Shown here: one piece after another, positions 8,163 through 16,338 of the stretch | How the letters are laid out: the number at the start of each line of letters is the position of its first letter | How positions within the stretch are numbered: position 1 is the first letter of the stretch | Assembly (NCBI GenBank): GCA_016180645.1 | Contig: JACPAV010000016.1 | Location: forward strand, 112,214 to 132,213 | Direction of reading: 5' to 3' | Length of the DNA stretch: 20,000 nucleotides | Origin: Nitrospirota bacterium | Lineage (GTDB): Bacteria; JACPQY01 | Notes under the pieces: model-generated | Databases searched by the model: none | Seen by the model: only the letters and a program-made list of their open reading frames with translations | What the model was told of the DNA's origin: nothing | Made by a program: the position numbers and the translations under genes

Positions 8163-10778
8163 TTACTTCAGGGCAGCGATGGACGCCTCGATTACGTCGA
8201 ACGTGAACGTCGGGTTGTGCACGCCTTCCCCGCTCCCGGCATGGAGCAGGAAGTAATTCCAGCCGGCCTTCACGAGGTTGTCCGTGGCGGCCACGACCGC
8301 CGTCTTGGCCGCGGAGTCCGAATAGAAATCGCCCAACTGGACCTCCAGTTTCGTCACGGGCATCGTATGGGCCGATTCACCCGTCGGTGTATAGCTCACG
8401 GTCACCGCAGTCTTGAGGTTGACGAAGAAGCCCTGCTGGCCGTGAGGCTCCGTCGCTTCCAGGGACGACACGTTGTCCTTGCTGATCGTCACCGCCGCAC
8501 TCTTCACGTCGTAGTCCTTGCCGTTGTACTGATGCGGCATGTAGTCCTTGACGTAAAACGTCGCCGGCAGCTTGGCGCTGAGATACGAGGCCATTTTGTC
8601 AGCCAAGGCTTTGAGGTCCTCCTCGGCGGCGCTTTGCAGCGTTTTCATTTGGACAAACGCATTGGTGTCCTTGTTGCCATGGCAGTTCGAGCAGATCTTG
8701 CCGTCCGCCTCGAAGGTGTGGTTCGTGCCCCTGCCCTGGTTGCTGAACTCCTTCGGCGGATCGGTCTGAACCATGTGGCAACTGGTGCAGGTGTCCTGGA
8801 TGTTCGCGTGTTTCGAAGGCACGCCCGTGCTCACCAGGTAGGCATTCTGCCCCATGAACACGTCGGCCTGGCAGGCCGCATGGGGCGCGGAGTAGGCCGT
8901 GACCGCGATCGAATCGTTACGCAGGCCGTTGCGTGAATTGTGGCACGTCATGCACAGCGCCCCGCTGCCCACACCTTTGGCCTGGAATCCGGAAGGCAGC
9001 ATGGCGGTGTCCCCTTCGATCCGGACGGTCGCCGTGTTCGGCTCGCCGGAGGTGGTACCCTGCGCGTGGGGATCGTGGCAGACCACGCAAGTCTGCGGGT
9101 GGACGCTGTCCTTGGTCATGCCCCACGATTTCATCTCATCCACGGTGGCATTGCCGTTGGCCCCCTGGATTTGCTTCGTCAGATCGCCCTGTTTGATCCA
9201 TTTGAGAAAGCCTTGTCCCGCGTGGCAGCGACCGCAGTGGGCCGCCGTGGCCTGGCGCCCTTCCACCGTAGCCTGCGCTTCGGCCAAGGCGTAGTCCGCG
9301 TGATGGCTCTCTTCCCACTGCTGATAGCGGCCGTGGCTCGGCGGCTCGCCGTGGCACGCCCCGCACACGCCGGAAGCGAGGCTTACGCGCTCGGGGTCGC
9401 TGACCTTGTTGTTATGGAGCGCGGTCGTATTCGGCCCGTGGCAGTTCTCACACTGGATGTTCGTCATCCGCGCCGTGGCCGGATACGTCGCCAGCATGGT
9501 GTCCCAATTCGTCGGTCTGGCCGTCCCGTACAGCTTCGCATCGATGAAGGTCTGGAAATCGGACGCCTCATCGATCCCGCCGTTCGCCACCTCCTTGTCA
9601 TAGCCGACGCCATGGCACTCCAGGCATGTTTCCTTATAGGTCGCCGAGGAGTTCAGATTGTTCGTAAAGATTTCGGCATGGCCCGATTTTTTCCACGGAG
9701 TGAACTTGTCCGGCGCGATGCTTCCGTTGTGACAGGACGTGCAACCGTCCGAATTCGGCCTCCCATCGGCGCCTCTGCCCGTGATCACACCCTGCCAGTT
9801 TCCGGCATAGATGTTTAGGGTCGTTCCCGTATTGTTTTCCTTGGCCACGTACTGGCCCGCTGTGTCCGGCGTGAAGGCTGGGTCCTGGCTGCCGGCATCG
9901 TCGAACGTTGCCGAGCCCCCCGGCGTGGTCAAGCTCCAGCTATACCCGCCTGCGTTCTTCTTGCCGTGGAGCAGCACGGGGATCCCAACCGGGACGTCTC
10001 CGATGCCGAGCGTGTGTTCAAACGCCGGTTTCGCCACGGAGACCTTGACCGTGCCCGAACCGCTCGTGGTCGAAGTTGTCACCGTCAGCTTGAGCGAAAC
10101 GGTGGTCGAGGAGCCCAAGGCATGCGGGTCGATCGCCTGGATCAACGTGCGATCCGGCACCTTCAGGCCGGATACCAGTTTGGCCTTTGCAGTCGCCGCG
10201 TCGGGCAGCGGAACCGTGACCGTGTCCGAATCCGCGCCCGAGAGGGCCACGTTCGGACCGTCGGTGATCGACCATTTGTAGGACAGGAGGCTGGAGCCGT
10301 CGAGAACTTCCACCCTGGCCGGGACTTGCACCGCCTCACCGAATTGGCCCGTCACCGCTTTGATTTCGATCCCCACTGGGTTCTCGGGCACGAGCTTTAC
10401 GGTCTGTGTGACGTCGCGGTCGGCAATGGCCGACATGACGACATCCGGAGAAGGGGCCTTGTAGAATGTCCTCTTGAGCTTCAGGACGTACGCACCGGCG
10501 GTCACTTCCTTTCTGAACTTCCCTTCGGCGTCCGTCTTCAGCGCGGCGGGGGCTGCCGCCTGGGCCTCGCCCGCCTTGGCCGCGGCGGGCGCCTCGAACG
10601 GCGGATCGGGAGTGATCTCCACGTCCGCCACGGGGTCCCCCGTGATGCTGTTGACAACCTTAAGCTCGATCGTCCCTTTCGTGAGTTCGGAGGCTGTGCA
10701 ACCCGCGAAGACCCAGAGGCCCGCCAGCATCAGGGCCAGGAACGAGAGCGCGACGTTTCGATCCGTGATGTACTTCAT
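8163..10778 (-). CDS. Nonaheme cytochrome c lipoprotein with N-terminal beta-sandwich domains, 871 aa
   Basis: Lipobox VFAG-C. Nine CxxCH: CTSCH, CLECH, CENCH, CGACH, CGRCH, CVVCH, CMTCH, CTSCH, CSNCH. N-terminal carboxypeptidase-regulatory-like/PKD-like segments (YKWS, YSWSL...PAFTPD..GQY). GAAAGGGG before ATG 10778. Confidence 0.93.
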   Translation of the reverse strand: MKYITDRNVALSFLALMLAGLWVFAGCTASELTKGTIELKVVNSITGDPVADVEITPDPPFEAPAAAKAGEAQAAAPAALKTDAEGKFRKEVTAGAYVLKLKRTFYKAPSPDVVMSAIADRDVTQTVKLVPENPVGIEIKAVTGQFGEAVQVPARVEVLDGSSLLSYKWSITDGPNVALSGADSDTVTVPLPDAATAKAKLVSGLKVPDRTLIQAIDPHALGSSTTVSLKLTVTTSTTSGSGTVKVSVAKPAFEHTLGIGDVPVGIPVLLHGKKNAGGYSWSLTTPGGSATFDDAGSQDPAFTPDTAGQYVAKENNTGTTLNIYAGNWQGVITGRGADGRPNSDGCTSCHNGSIAPDKFTPWKKSGHAEIFTNNLNSSATYKETCLECHGVGYDKEVANGGIDEASDFQTFIDAKLYGTARPTNWDTMLATYPATARMTNIQCENCHGPNTTALHNNKVSDPERVSLASGVCGACHGEPPSHGRYQQWEESHHADYALAEAQATVEGRQATAAHCGRCHAGQGFLKWIKQGDLTKQIQGANGNATVDEMKSWGMTKDSVHPQTCVVCHDPHAQGTTSGEPNTATVRIEGDTAMLPSGFQAKGVGSGALCMTCHNSRNGLRNDSIAVTAYSAPHAACQADVFMGQNAYLVSTGVPSKHANIQDTCTSCHMVQTDPPKEFSNQGRGTNHTFEADGKICSNCHGNKDTNAFVQMKTLQSAAEEDLKALADKMASYLSAKLPATFYVKDYMPHQYNGKDYDVKSAAVTISKDNVSSLEATEPHGQQGFFVNLKTAVTVSYTPTGESAHTMPVTKLEVQLGDFYSDSAAKTAVVAATDNLVKAGWNYFLLHAGSGEGVHNPTFTFDVIEASIAALK

Positions 10779-10922
10779 GGTGCCACCCCTTTCTGGGATA
10801 CCGTGACCCAGAGTGCAGCCCGGAAAGGGACGCACTCCGCATCGACCCGCGGAACGGAAGCCTCGATGGAGGTCTTCATCATTCATCGTGCGAATAATTC
10901 GCATACTCATCCGGCTGCTTGA

Positions 10923-10936
10923 ATGACTGCGATCAG
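10923..10936. promoter_or_regulatory. CRP/FNR-type box upstream of the nonaheme gene
   Basis: gaATGAC-TGCG-ATCAG; matches the boxes at 7995, 13863, 17386 and 19644. Confidence 0.65.
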
Positions 10937-10998
10937 CGGATTGAACGCAGCCGAAATGCAGCGCATGACACACCGTCACGGTCCCTGCGTTTTGGTCG

Positions 10999-11012
10999 CT
11001 GATTCAGATCAG
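10999..11012. promoter_or_regulatory. Possible second CRP/FNR-type box
   Basis: CTGAT-TCAG-ATCAG, perfect 5-4-5 inverted arms, 76 nt further upstream than the 10923 box. Confidence 0.45.
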
Positions 11013-11172
11013 GATGCGTTGGCCGTGCGGCGGCTGAAAAGTTTGGAACCGCGATCAATCATCACGCTTGGGCAGAGTTGAAGGATGTCTTCGCTCAGCA
11101 TTGGACCGAAACGTGAAGGGGCATGAAAAGGATGGGGAGGGCGGCCACCTCGACGGAATGTAAAAAGATCGC

Positions 11173-11209
11173 AACAAAGGAAATCCCCCTTCGCGGGAAG
11201 GGGGATTTC
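11173..11209 (-). terminator. Intrinsic terminator after the decaheme gene
   Basis: Perfect 13-bp stem GAAATCCCCCTTC-GCGG-GAAGGGGGATTTC (11180-11209) followed by CTTTGTT on the minus strand. Confidence 0.8.
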
Positions 11210-11251
11210 AGAGAGGCTGAGACTCTGGCGACGTGAGATCGCGGGTTCCGG

Positions 11252-13750
11252 CTATTCCTTCTCCCTCTTGTAAGGCGGTTTGTACGGGTCCCACACGTTG
11301 TGGACGGTGGAGACGGCGAACTCTTTGCCTACGCCGTGGCAAGTCCTACACGATTCCGCTTCGTCTCCGCTCCAGGCATCAGCCGGCGTGGGATCGACGG
11401 TCATCGCCGTGCCATGAGCGATGGCCGCATCGCCGTCGTGGCATGCCAGACATGCCAACCTTGATGGGTTCTCGTTCCACGAGTTGGTTTCGGCATGGCA
11501 CTTGGTGCAGTTGCGGATATCCTGCGGGAAGATGACGCCTGAGTAGTCTTCCGTGGCGTGGACTTCCTTGGGTTTGTCCAGGTAATGCCCGCGGTGTACG
11601 CCGTGGACGCGGCGAGCGAGGGGCGCCGAGCCAAAGCCCATGTTGCTGCGTCCCGCCGCGGCGTTGACGCCCCAGCCGTCCGCCGGATCCGTGGCCTGCC
11701 GCGCCGCCATCTGCCGCTTGTAGTCGTGGCAGCTCTTGCAGATGTCCGGATTGAACTCGACACCGAAATAGGTGGCGTGCATTCGAGTGTCCTCGTGGCA
11801 GGTCTTGCAGTTGGTGGCGATCTTCTTGTCCTCGGTGGCCGTGCCCACCTGGAAATTGAGGAGGCTCCATCCCATGAGGGGTTTGGCGCCGGCTTCGACC
11901 CAGACCGAGTACGTGCCCGCCCGGAGCCCCTTCGTGTTGTCCAGTTGATAGGTGATGGCCGTGGACGACCGCTTGACCTTGGGGTCCTCGTCCAGCGGGT
12001 CCGACATGACGCGGAAATCGTTGTTCGCGTAGGTGTGAGTATCCTTGTTGACGTTGACGCCCACCGTCCATTTCATGTTGGTCGTGACCGTGCCGGCGAG
12101 GATTTCGACCTCCGAGCCGGTCCCGATGGTGTTGCTCTTGATCAACACTTTGGACGCGCCACTGGATGATACTTTCGAGGCCGTGGCATAGGTTCCGATG
12201 CCGGTGCTCTTGTCGTTGAGCCAGGATACGACCTCGGCCTGCGTAGCCTTGGAGGCATCGGCAAACTTGGACGCCGATGCGGTGATCGTGAAGGGTCCTT
12301 TGTTGTCGATATCGATCATGAATGTGGGACTACCCGAGAGATCCCATGGCCCGTTGCTTCCGTTCGTGACGTTGGCGCGAACGTGCGCGGCCCCCCCCGC
12401 CGTCGTCGTCAACACCGGCTCCGTGCCCGAACGCGGTCCCGACACGAAAATGTTGGCCCGCGAGAACGACGTAGCCGTAATCGTGGCGGGGTCGATCACC
12501 GCGCCGGTCGCGGCGTCCTTTACCGTGACCGTGAGGACGGGCGCTTCATCGACGTAGTAGCTCCCGTTGGCCGGGGGCGTGAGGGCCAGCTCAACCTTGG
12601 TATTGAACGCCGGCGGTGGGACCTTGTGGGCTTCCGCAACGGACTTCACACCGCCCGTGTCCGGCGGGTGGCAGGTCGCGCAGTTCTTGTCGTCCGTCTG
12701 CACGCCGCCGCTCTGCCCGCCTTCGTGCCCACCGTGTTTCTCTCCCGTCGAGAAGTCGACGTGGTCATGGCAGGCGCCGCACGCCAGGCGCGAGGGTTTG
12801 GTTTTCCATGAGTCGTCCAAGTGGCATTTCGTGCAATTCCGGACGTCCGCGGGAAAGACGACTTCGGTGTAATCCTTGAAGTCGCCGTTCTTGGGATCGA
12901 TGTTCAACGGGTTTTCCAGCTCTTCACCCATGTGGACGCCGTGAACGCGACGAACAATATTATCGGGCACTTTATTGGCGGCGCTGCACGGGCTTTCCGT
13001 GCGGCTGGCGCAGTACGCCGCGTATCCTTCCTGGTTGTGGCAGTTCTTGCACGTGCGGACGGGGTCCGAGTCGATGGCCCAGCCTCCCGCCGGGTTCCTG
13101 CCGGTGGGGTCGGCATGGTGCAGATAGAATTTCCCGCTCAACGCGCCCTTGTGGCAATCGGCGCAATTCCCAACGATCTCCTTTTGCACGTCGGCCGTGC
13201 CGATCTGGACGTCCGCCAACTCGAAAGACTGGCTGAGGGCCTTGGCGGTGGCCACGCTGCGGAACCCCACCGTGTACGTGCCGGCCTCTTCGCTCGTAAT
13301 CGGCTGAAGCGTGTACGTGAGGACGTTCCCCTTCACGGTCAGGTCGGGGGCGGCCGCTTTCTTGAGATCCACATAGTGATGGAGGCTGCCTGCGGCGTCC
13401 CGATCCGTCGATGCGTTCAGAAGCGCCGAGGCCGTCTTGATCGTTTGGACGTTCTTGGGTCCGTACATATAAAGGCCCGCCGTGCTCAGATCGTCCAGCG
13501 TCAGCGGATTCTCCTTGTCGTCCATGACATTGAGCGTGACCACGATTCTCTCACCGGCGGCGAAGAAGGAGCCGTTCTTGGGTTGCGACGTGGAGAGAGT
13601 GACCGTGAGTCCATCCGATTTCGCGGCCGCCGCTCCAGGCAGCCCCTGCACGATCGTCTTTTCTTCCGTTGTGCATCCCAGCGCGGACATCGCCATCAGG
13701 AGGGCGAGACCGCCGAGAATGTTTGCAAGTTCATTCATAGTGTTTTTCAT
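11252..13750 (-). CDS. OmcA/MtrC-family decaheme cytochrome c lipoprotein, 832 aa
   Basis: Lipobox SALG-C. Ten CxxCH in a 5+5 arrangement (CADCH, CKNCH, CTKCH, CGACH, CATCH | CKTCH, CKSCH, CTKCH, CLACH, CRTCH), each block preceded by a heme-free beta-rich domain. Repeated RRVHGVH.G...FP.D.RNCTKCH....W...PSRLAC.ACH. SD AAAGGAG. Confidence 0.9.
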   Translation of the reverse strand: MKNTMNELANILGGLALLMAMSALGCTTEEKTIVQGLPGAAAAKSDGLTVTLSTSQPKNGSFFAAGERIVVTLNVMDDKENPLTLDDLSTAGLYMYGPKNVQTIKTASALLNASTDRDAAGSLHHYVDLKKAAAPDLTVKGNVLTYTLQPITSEEAGTYTVGFRSVATAKALSQSFELADVQIGTADVQKEIVGNCADCHKGALSGKFYLHHADPTGRNPAGGWAIDSDPVRTCKNCHNQEGYAAYCASRTESPCSAANKVPDNIVRRVHGVHMGEELENPLNIDPKNGDFKDYTEVVFPADVRNCTKCHLDDSWKTKPSRLACGACHDHVDFSTGEKHGGHEGGQSGGVQTDDKNCATCHPPDTGGVKSVAEAHKVPPPAFNTKVELALTPPANGSYYVDEAPVLTVTVKDAATGAVIDPATITATSFSRANIFVSGPRSGTEPVLTTTAGGAAHVRANVTNGSNGPWDLSGSPTFMIDIDNKGPFTITASASKFADASKATQAEVVSWLNDKSTGIGTYATASKVSSSGASKVLIKSNTIGTGSEVEILAGTVTTNMKWTVGVNVNKDTHTYANNDFRVMSDPLDEDPKVKRSSTAITYQLDNTKGLRAGTYSVWVEAGAKPLMGWSLLNFQVGTATEDKKIATNCKTCHEDTRMHATYFGVEFNPDICKSCHDYKRQMAARQATDPADGWGVNAAAGRSNMGFGSAPLARRVHGVHRGHYLDKPKEVHATEDYSGVIFPQDIRNCTKCHAETNSWNENPSRLACLACHDGDAAIAHGTAMTVDPTPADAWSGDEAESCRTCHGVGKEFAVSTVHNVWDPYKPPYKREKE

Positions 13751-13862
13751 GGGAAGACTCCTTTCTGAACGTGGGCCTCTGCCAGGGTCTTGTGGTGCGT
13801 CGCCGCATGTAACTTATCCGGTCTCACGCAGGGACTTTCGCATGGATCGCGCCCACCAATGA

Positions 13863-13876
13863 ATGACGGCGGTCAG
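13863..13876. promoter_or_regulatory. CRP/FNR-type box upstream of the decaheme gene
   Basis: gaATGAC-GGCG-GTCAGta; 13/14 identical to the nirK box. Confidence 0.7.
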
Positions 13877-13925
13877 TAGGGAAACTGCTGCAACTCGGTT
13901 ACAGTTAGAGCCCCTAACAGAATGC

Positions 13926-13994
13926 CGATTCGTAGGGGAGCATCTTCAGATGCTCCCTCTTGTCGGGAGGGTCTGAAGACCCTCCCCTACGCAT
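13926..13994. repeat. GTAG-type REP doublet, copy 1 (inverted copy at 19912-19980)
   Basis: CGTAG-GGGAGCATC-TTCA-GATGCTCCC, spacer, GGGAGGGTC-TGAA-GACCCTCCC-CTACG. Confidence 0.88.
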
Positions 13995-14013
13995 TCTGTT
14001 GGACGCTCTTAGA

Positions 14014-14868
14014 CTACGAGGCTGGACGGGAAGATTTGATGATGCCGAGTTTCTTGATGAGGCGCTGGAGCGTAACACGGTGAATGCCGAGTGCTTCGGC
14101 GGTATAGGTAACGTTTCCGCCGTGCCTCGCGAGCATATCGACGAGATAATTCCTCTCGTAGTCTCTGAGGACGGCGCGCCGCGCAGAGACACCGTCGGTC
14201 GTCCTCTCCATCGGACGTGGGATCGCTCCCCCCTTCCGGAGATCCTCCACCGTTATGACGGCTCCCGTGGCCTTCGAGACCGCCTTTTGGACGGCGGCGC
14301 GAAGTTCGGCCGAGTTACCGGGCCAATCCTGGTCGGCCAGGAGATCTAACGCCTCGTCCGAAAAACCCTTCACGCGCAGTTTGGGGTTTTCCTTTAGTAG
14401 TGCATCCAGAAAACGGACGGCGAGGTGTGGGATGATCTCCGGTTTTTCGCTCAAGGCCGGCGCGGGCTCCATGCGGCGAAGGAGATCCGCGTGCTCCTTT
14501 GCCTGGCGAGCGAGGAGGGCCGATCTCACTGCATCGACCAACTGATCGCCCGTAAAGGGTTTGGTGAGGTAATCCACAACGCCGCCCTTAAACGCTTGAA
14601 TGGCGGACTCCACGGAGGGATACGCCGTGATGAGGATCACGGGAAGGTCGGGCGCGACTCGGTGGGCCGCCTGGATGACGGCCTGACCTCCCCCGTTCGG
14701 CATACGGAGATCGGTCAGCACAAGATCCAGTTCCTCACGCTGGAGGATCGGTGCGGCTTCCTTTGGAGAAAGGGCGAGGAAGACCGCAAACTTCGCCCCT
14801 TCGAGCGCCTGCCGGCAACTCGCCAGCATGTCCCGGTCGTCTTCGACGATGAGGATGCGTTCAGGCAT
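14014..14868 (-). CDS. Response regulator: REC + remnant sigma54-activator lid subdomain + Fis-type HTH (no AAA+ core)
   Basis: REC motifs ILIVEDD, LVLTDLRMP, ITAY, DYLTKPF. Then directly EIIPHLAVRFL...GFSDEALDLL...WPGNSAEL and YERNYL...GGNVTYTAEALGIHRVTLQRLIKKLGI. Confidence 0.9.
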   Translation of the reverse strand: MPERILIVEDDRDMLASCRQALEGAKFAVFLALSPKEAAPILQREELDLVLTDLRMPNGGGQAVIQAAHRVAPDLPVILITAYPSVESAIQAFKGGVVDYLTKPFTGDQLVDAVRSALLARQAKEHADLLRRMEPAPALSEKPEIIPHLAVRFLDALLKENPKLRVKGFSDEALDLLADQDWPGNSAELRAAVQKAVSKATGAVITVEDLRKGGAIPRPMERTTDGVSARRAVLRDYERNYLVDMLARHGGNVTYTAEALGIHRVTLQRLIKKLGIIKSSRPAS

Positions 14869-14877
14869 CCGTTCTCC

Positions 14878-14926
14878 CTATCGAGGCTAAGCCTCTATAG
14901 TCGCCATAGAGGCTTAGCCTCGATAG
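14878..14926. repeat. Perfect 21-bp inverted repeat with internally palindromic arms (REP-like)
   Basis: CTATCGAGGCTAAGCCTCTAT-AGTCGCC-ATAGAGGCTTAGCCTCGATAG; each arm contains GAGGC-N3-GCCTC. Confidence 0.8.
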
Positions 14927-14934
14927 AAACCTCA

Positions 14935-16338
14935 TCAGGCACCTCCCAAGGGGATTCGCACGGTTACGGTGGTGCCGGAGCCGGACCGGCTCTTAATCCC
15001 CAGAGATCCACCGTGGGCGTTCACAATGGAATTGGAGATCGAGAGGCCGAGTCCCAACCCAAGTTCCTTCGTGGAGTAGAACGGCTCCGTGGCATGCCGC
15101 AGGGACTCCTCGCTCATGCCTTGTCCTGCGTCCGAGACGCTCAATACCAAACCCTCCCGTTCGGCGGCTGCCCGAACGACCACCTCGCCGCCCTCCGGAC
15201 TCGCATCGATGGCATTCGTCAGCAGATTGAACAGGACCTGCTGGATGCCCTGCTCATCCATCACCACCTCGGGCAAGTCCGGCGGGAGATCGGCTCGGAC
15301 TTGAATTCCCGCGAGACGGATCCGATCGTCCAGAAGTTCCAGACATTCACCCACCATGCCGGCGACCTTGACCGGGCGGGGCCGGAGGCCGTCGCTCTTC
15401 ATCGTGTAGCGCGCAAATTGAAGAAGTTTTTGGGTGGCCAACGTGGCCCGTTTCGAGGCCGTGCGAAGGCGTCGAATTTCTTCCGCGGCGCCTGAGTTGA
15501 ATTCCCCCGCCCTGACTCTCGAATCGAGGAACGAGGCATTCATGCTCATCACACCCAATGGGTTGTTGATTTCATGGGCGATGGTGGCGGAGATTTCTCC
15601 GAGGTAGGCCAGTTTCCTGGCCGCGTCGAGCTGACGGGTGCGTTCATCCAGGCGATCCATCAGTTCCTGGAAGCGCATCGCGATCTGCGAAGTCTCGTGT
15701 GTCTCCTCAAGCGAGTTCTTCCCCCCTGTCTTTTCGTCGAGAAAAACCGCCCGCTCGATGGCCCGATTGAGCTCCTCGATCGGCCGGGAAACGTAGATGG
15801 CGGTCAGGATGCCCGCGATGAGTCCTGCCGTCCCAATCCCGAGGAGGTATCTGCCCACCCGACCGATCAGCTTCCGGAGCGGTGCCTGACTGAGGCCGAG
15901 GCGAACGCGATAGCCTCGGCCGATCGATTCGTAGTCATAGACGTATTCGCCGTCCATTCGGATGAGGCGCACGGACACGTCTTCCCCTTTCACGGCTTCG
16001 TGCGGCACGGAGGCAAGGTCCCCCGGAATCCCCTTGGGGAACGTGCTCCAAAGCGGCCGGTTGTTGGAGTCCATGACCGCGATATAGCGGGTATCCGGCA
16101 TGGATCTCATCTGGCGCTTGAACAAATCCGAGAGACCCGCGAGGTCGTCATAGTAGACCAGCCGGGCGCATTCAGCCGCGACGGCCCGCGTGAGGTGGAG
16201 GCCCCGATCCCGGAAGAAATTCCGGGCGGAGGCATAAAGGAGGAGGCCCACCGTTGCGGAGATGACGGTCCCCCACATCATCGCGTATACAACGAATGTG
16301 AAGGAGATCCGAGTCCGGAGCCGGACGGGGTCCCGCAC
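14935..16338 (-). CDS. Sensor histidine kinase (2 TM, periplasmic domain, HAMP-like linker, HisKA, HATPase_c; NtrB-like)
   Basis: H-box IAHEINNPL, N-box QVLFNLLTNAIDA, G1 DAGQGM, F EPFYSTK, G2 GLGLGLSI. GTG start overlaps the upstream stop by 1 nt. Confidence 0.95.
   Translation of the reverse strand: MRDPVRLRTRISFTFVVYAMMWGTVISATVGLLLYASARNFFRDRGLHLTRAVAAECARLVYYDDLAGLSDLFKRQMRSMPDTRYIAVMDSNNRPLWSTFPKGIPGDLASVPHEAVKGEDVSVRLIRMDGEYVYDYESIGRGYRVRLGLSQAPLRKLIGRVGRYLLGIGTAGLIAGILTAIYVSRPIEELNRAIERAVFLDEKTGGKNSLEETHETSQIAMRFQELMDRLDERTRQLDAARKLAYLGEISATIAHEINNPLGVMSMNASFLDSRVRAGEFNSGAAEEIRRLRTASKRATLATQKLLQFARYTMKSDGLRPRPVKVAGMVGECLELLDDRIRLAGIQVRADLPPDLPEVVMDEQGIQQVLFNLLTNAIDASPEGGEVVVRAAAEREGLVLSVSDAGQGMSEESLRHATEPFYSTKELGLGLGLSISNSIVNAHGGSLGIKSRSGSGTTVTVRIPLGGA

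Noticed and set aside
10815-10840. GGAAAGGGACGCA resembling the c-di-GMP-I riboswitch core
   Set aside because: On the strand opposite to the gene, and lacks the GCAAAC / GCAAAGCC context.
10779-10979. 67-aa N-terminal extension of the nonaheme ORF (similar extensions at 7932-7949 and 19527-19610)
   Set aside because: SD sequences and signal peptides fit the downstream ATGs.
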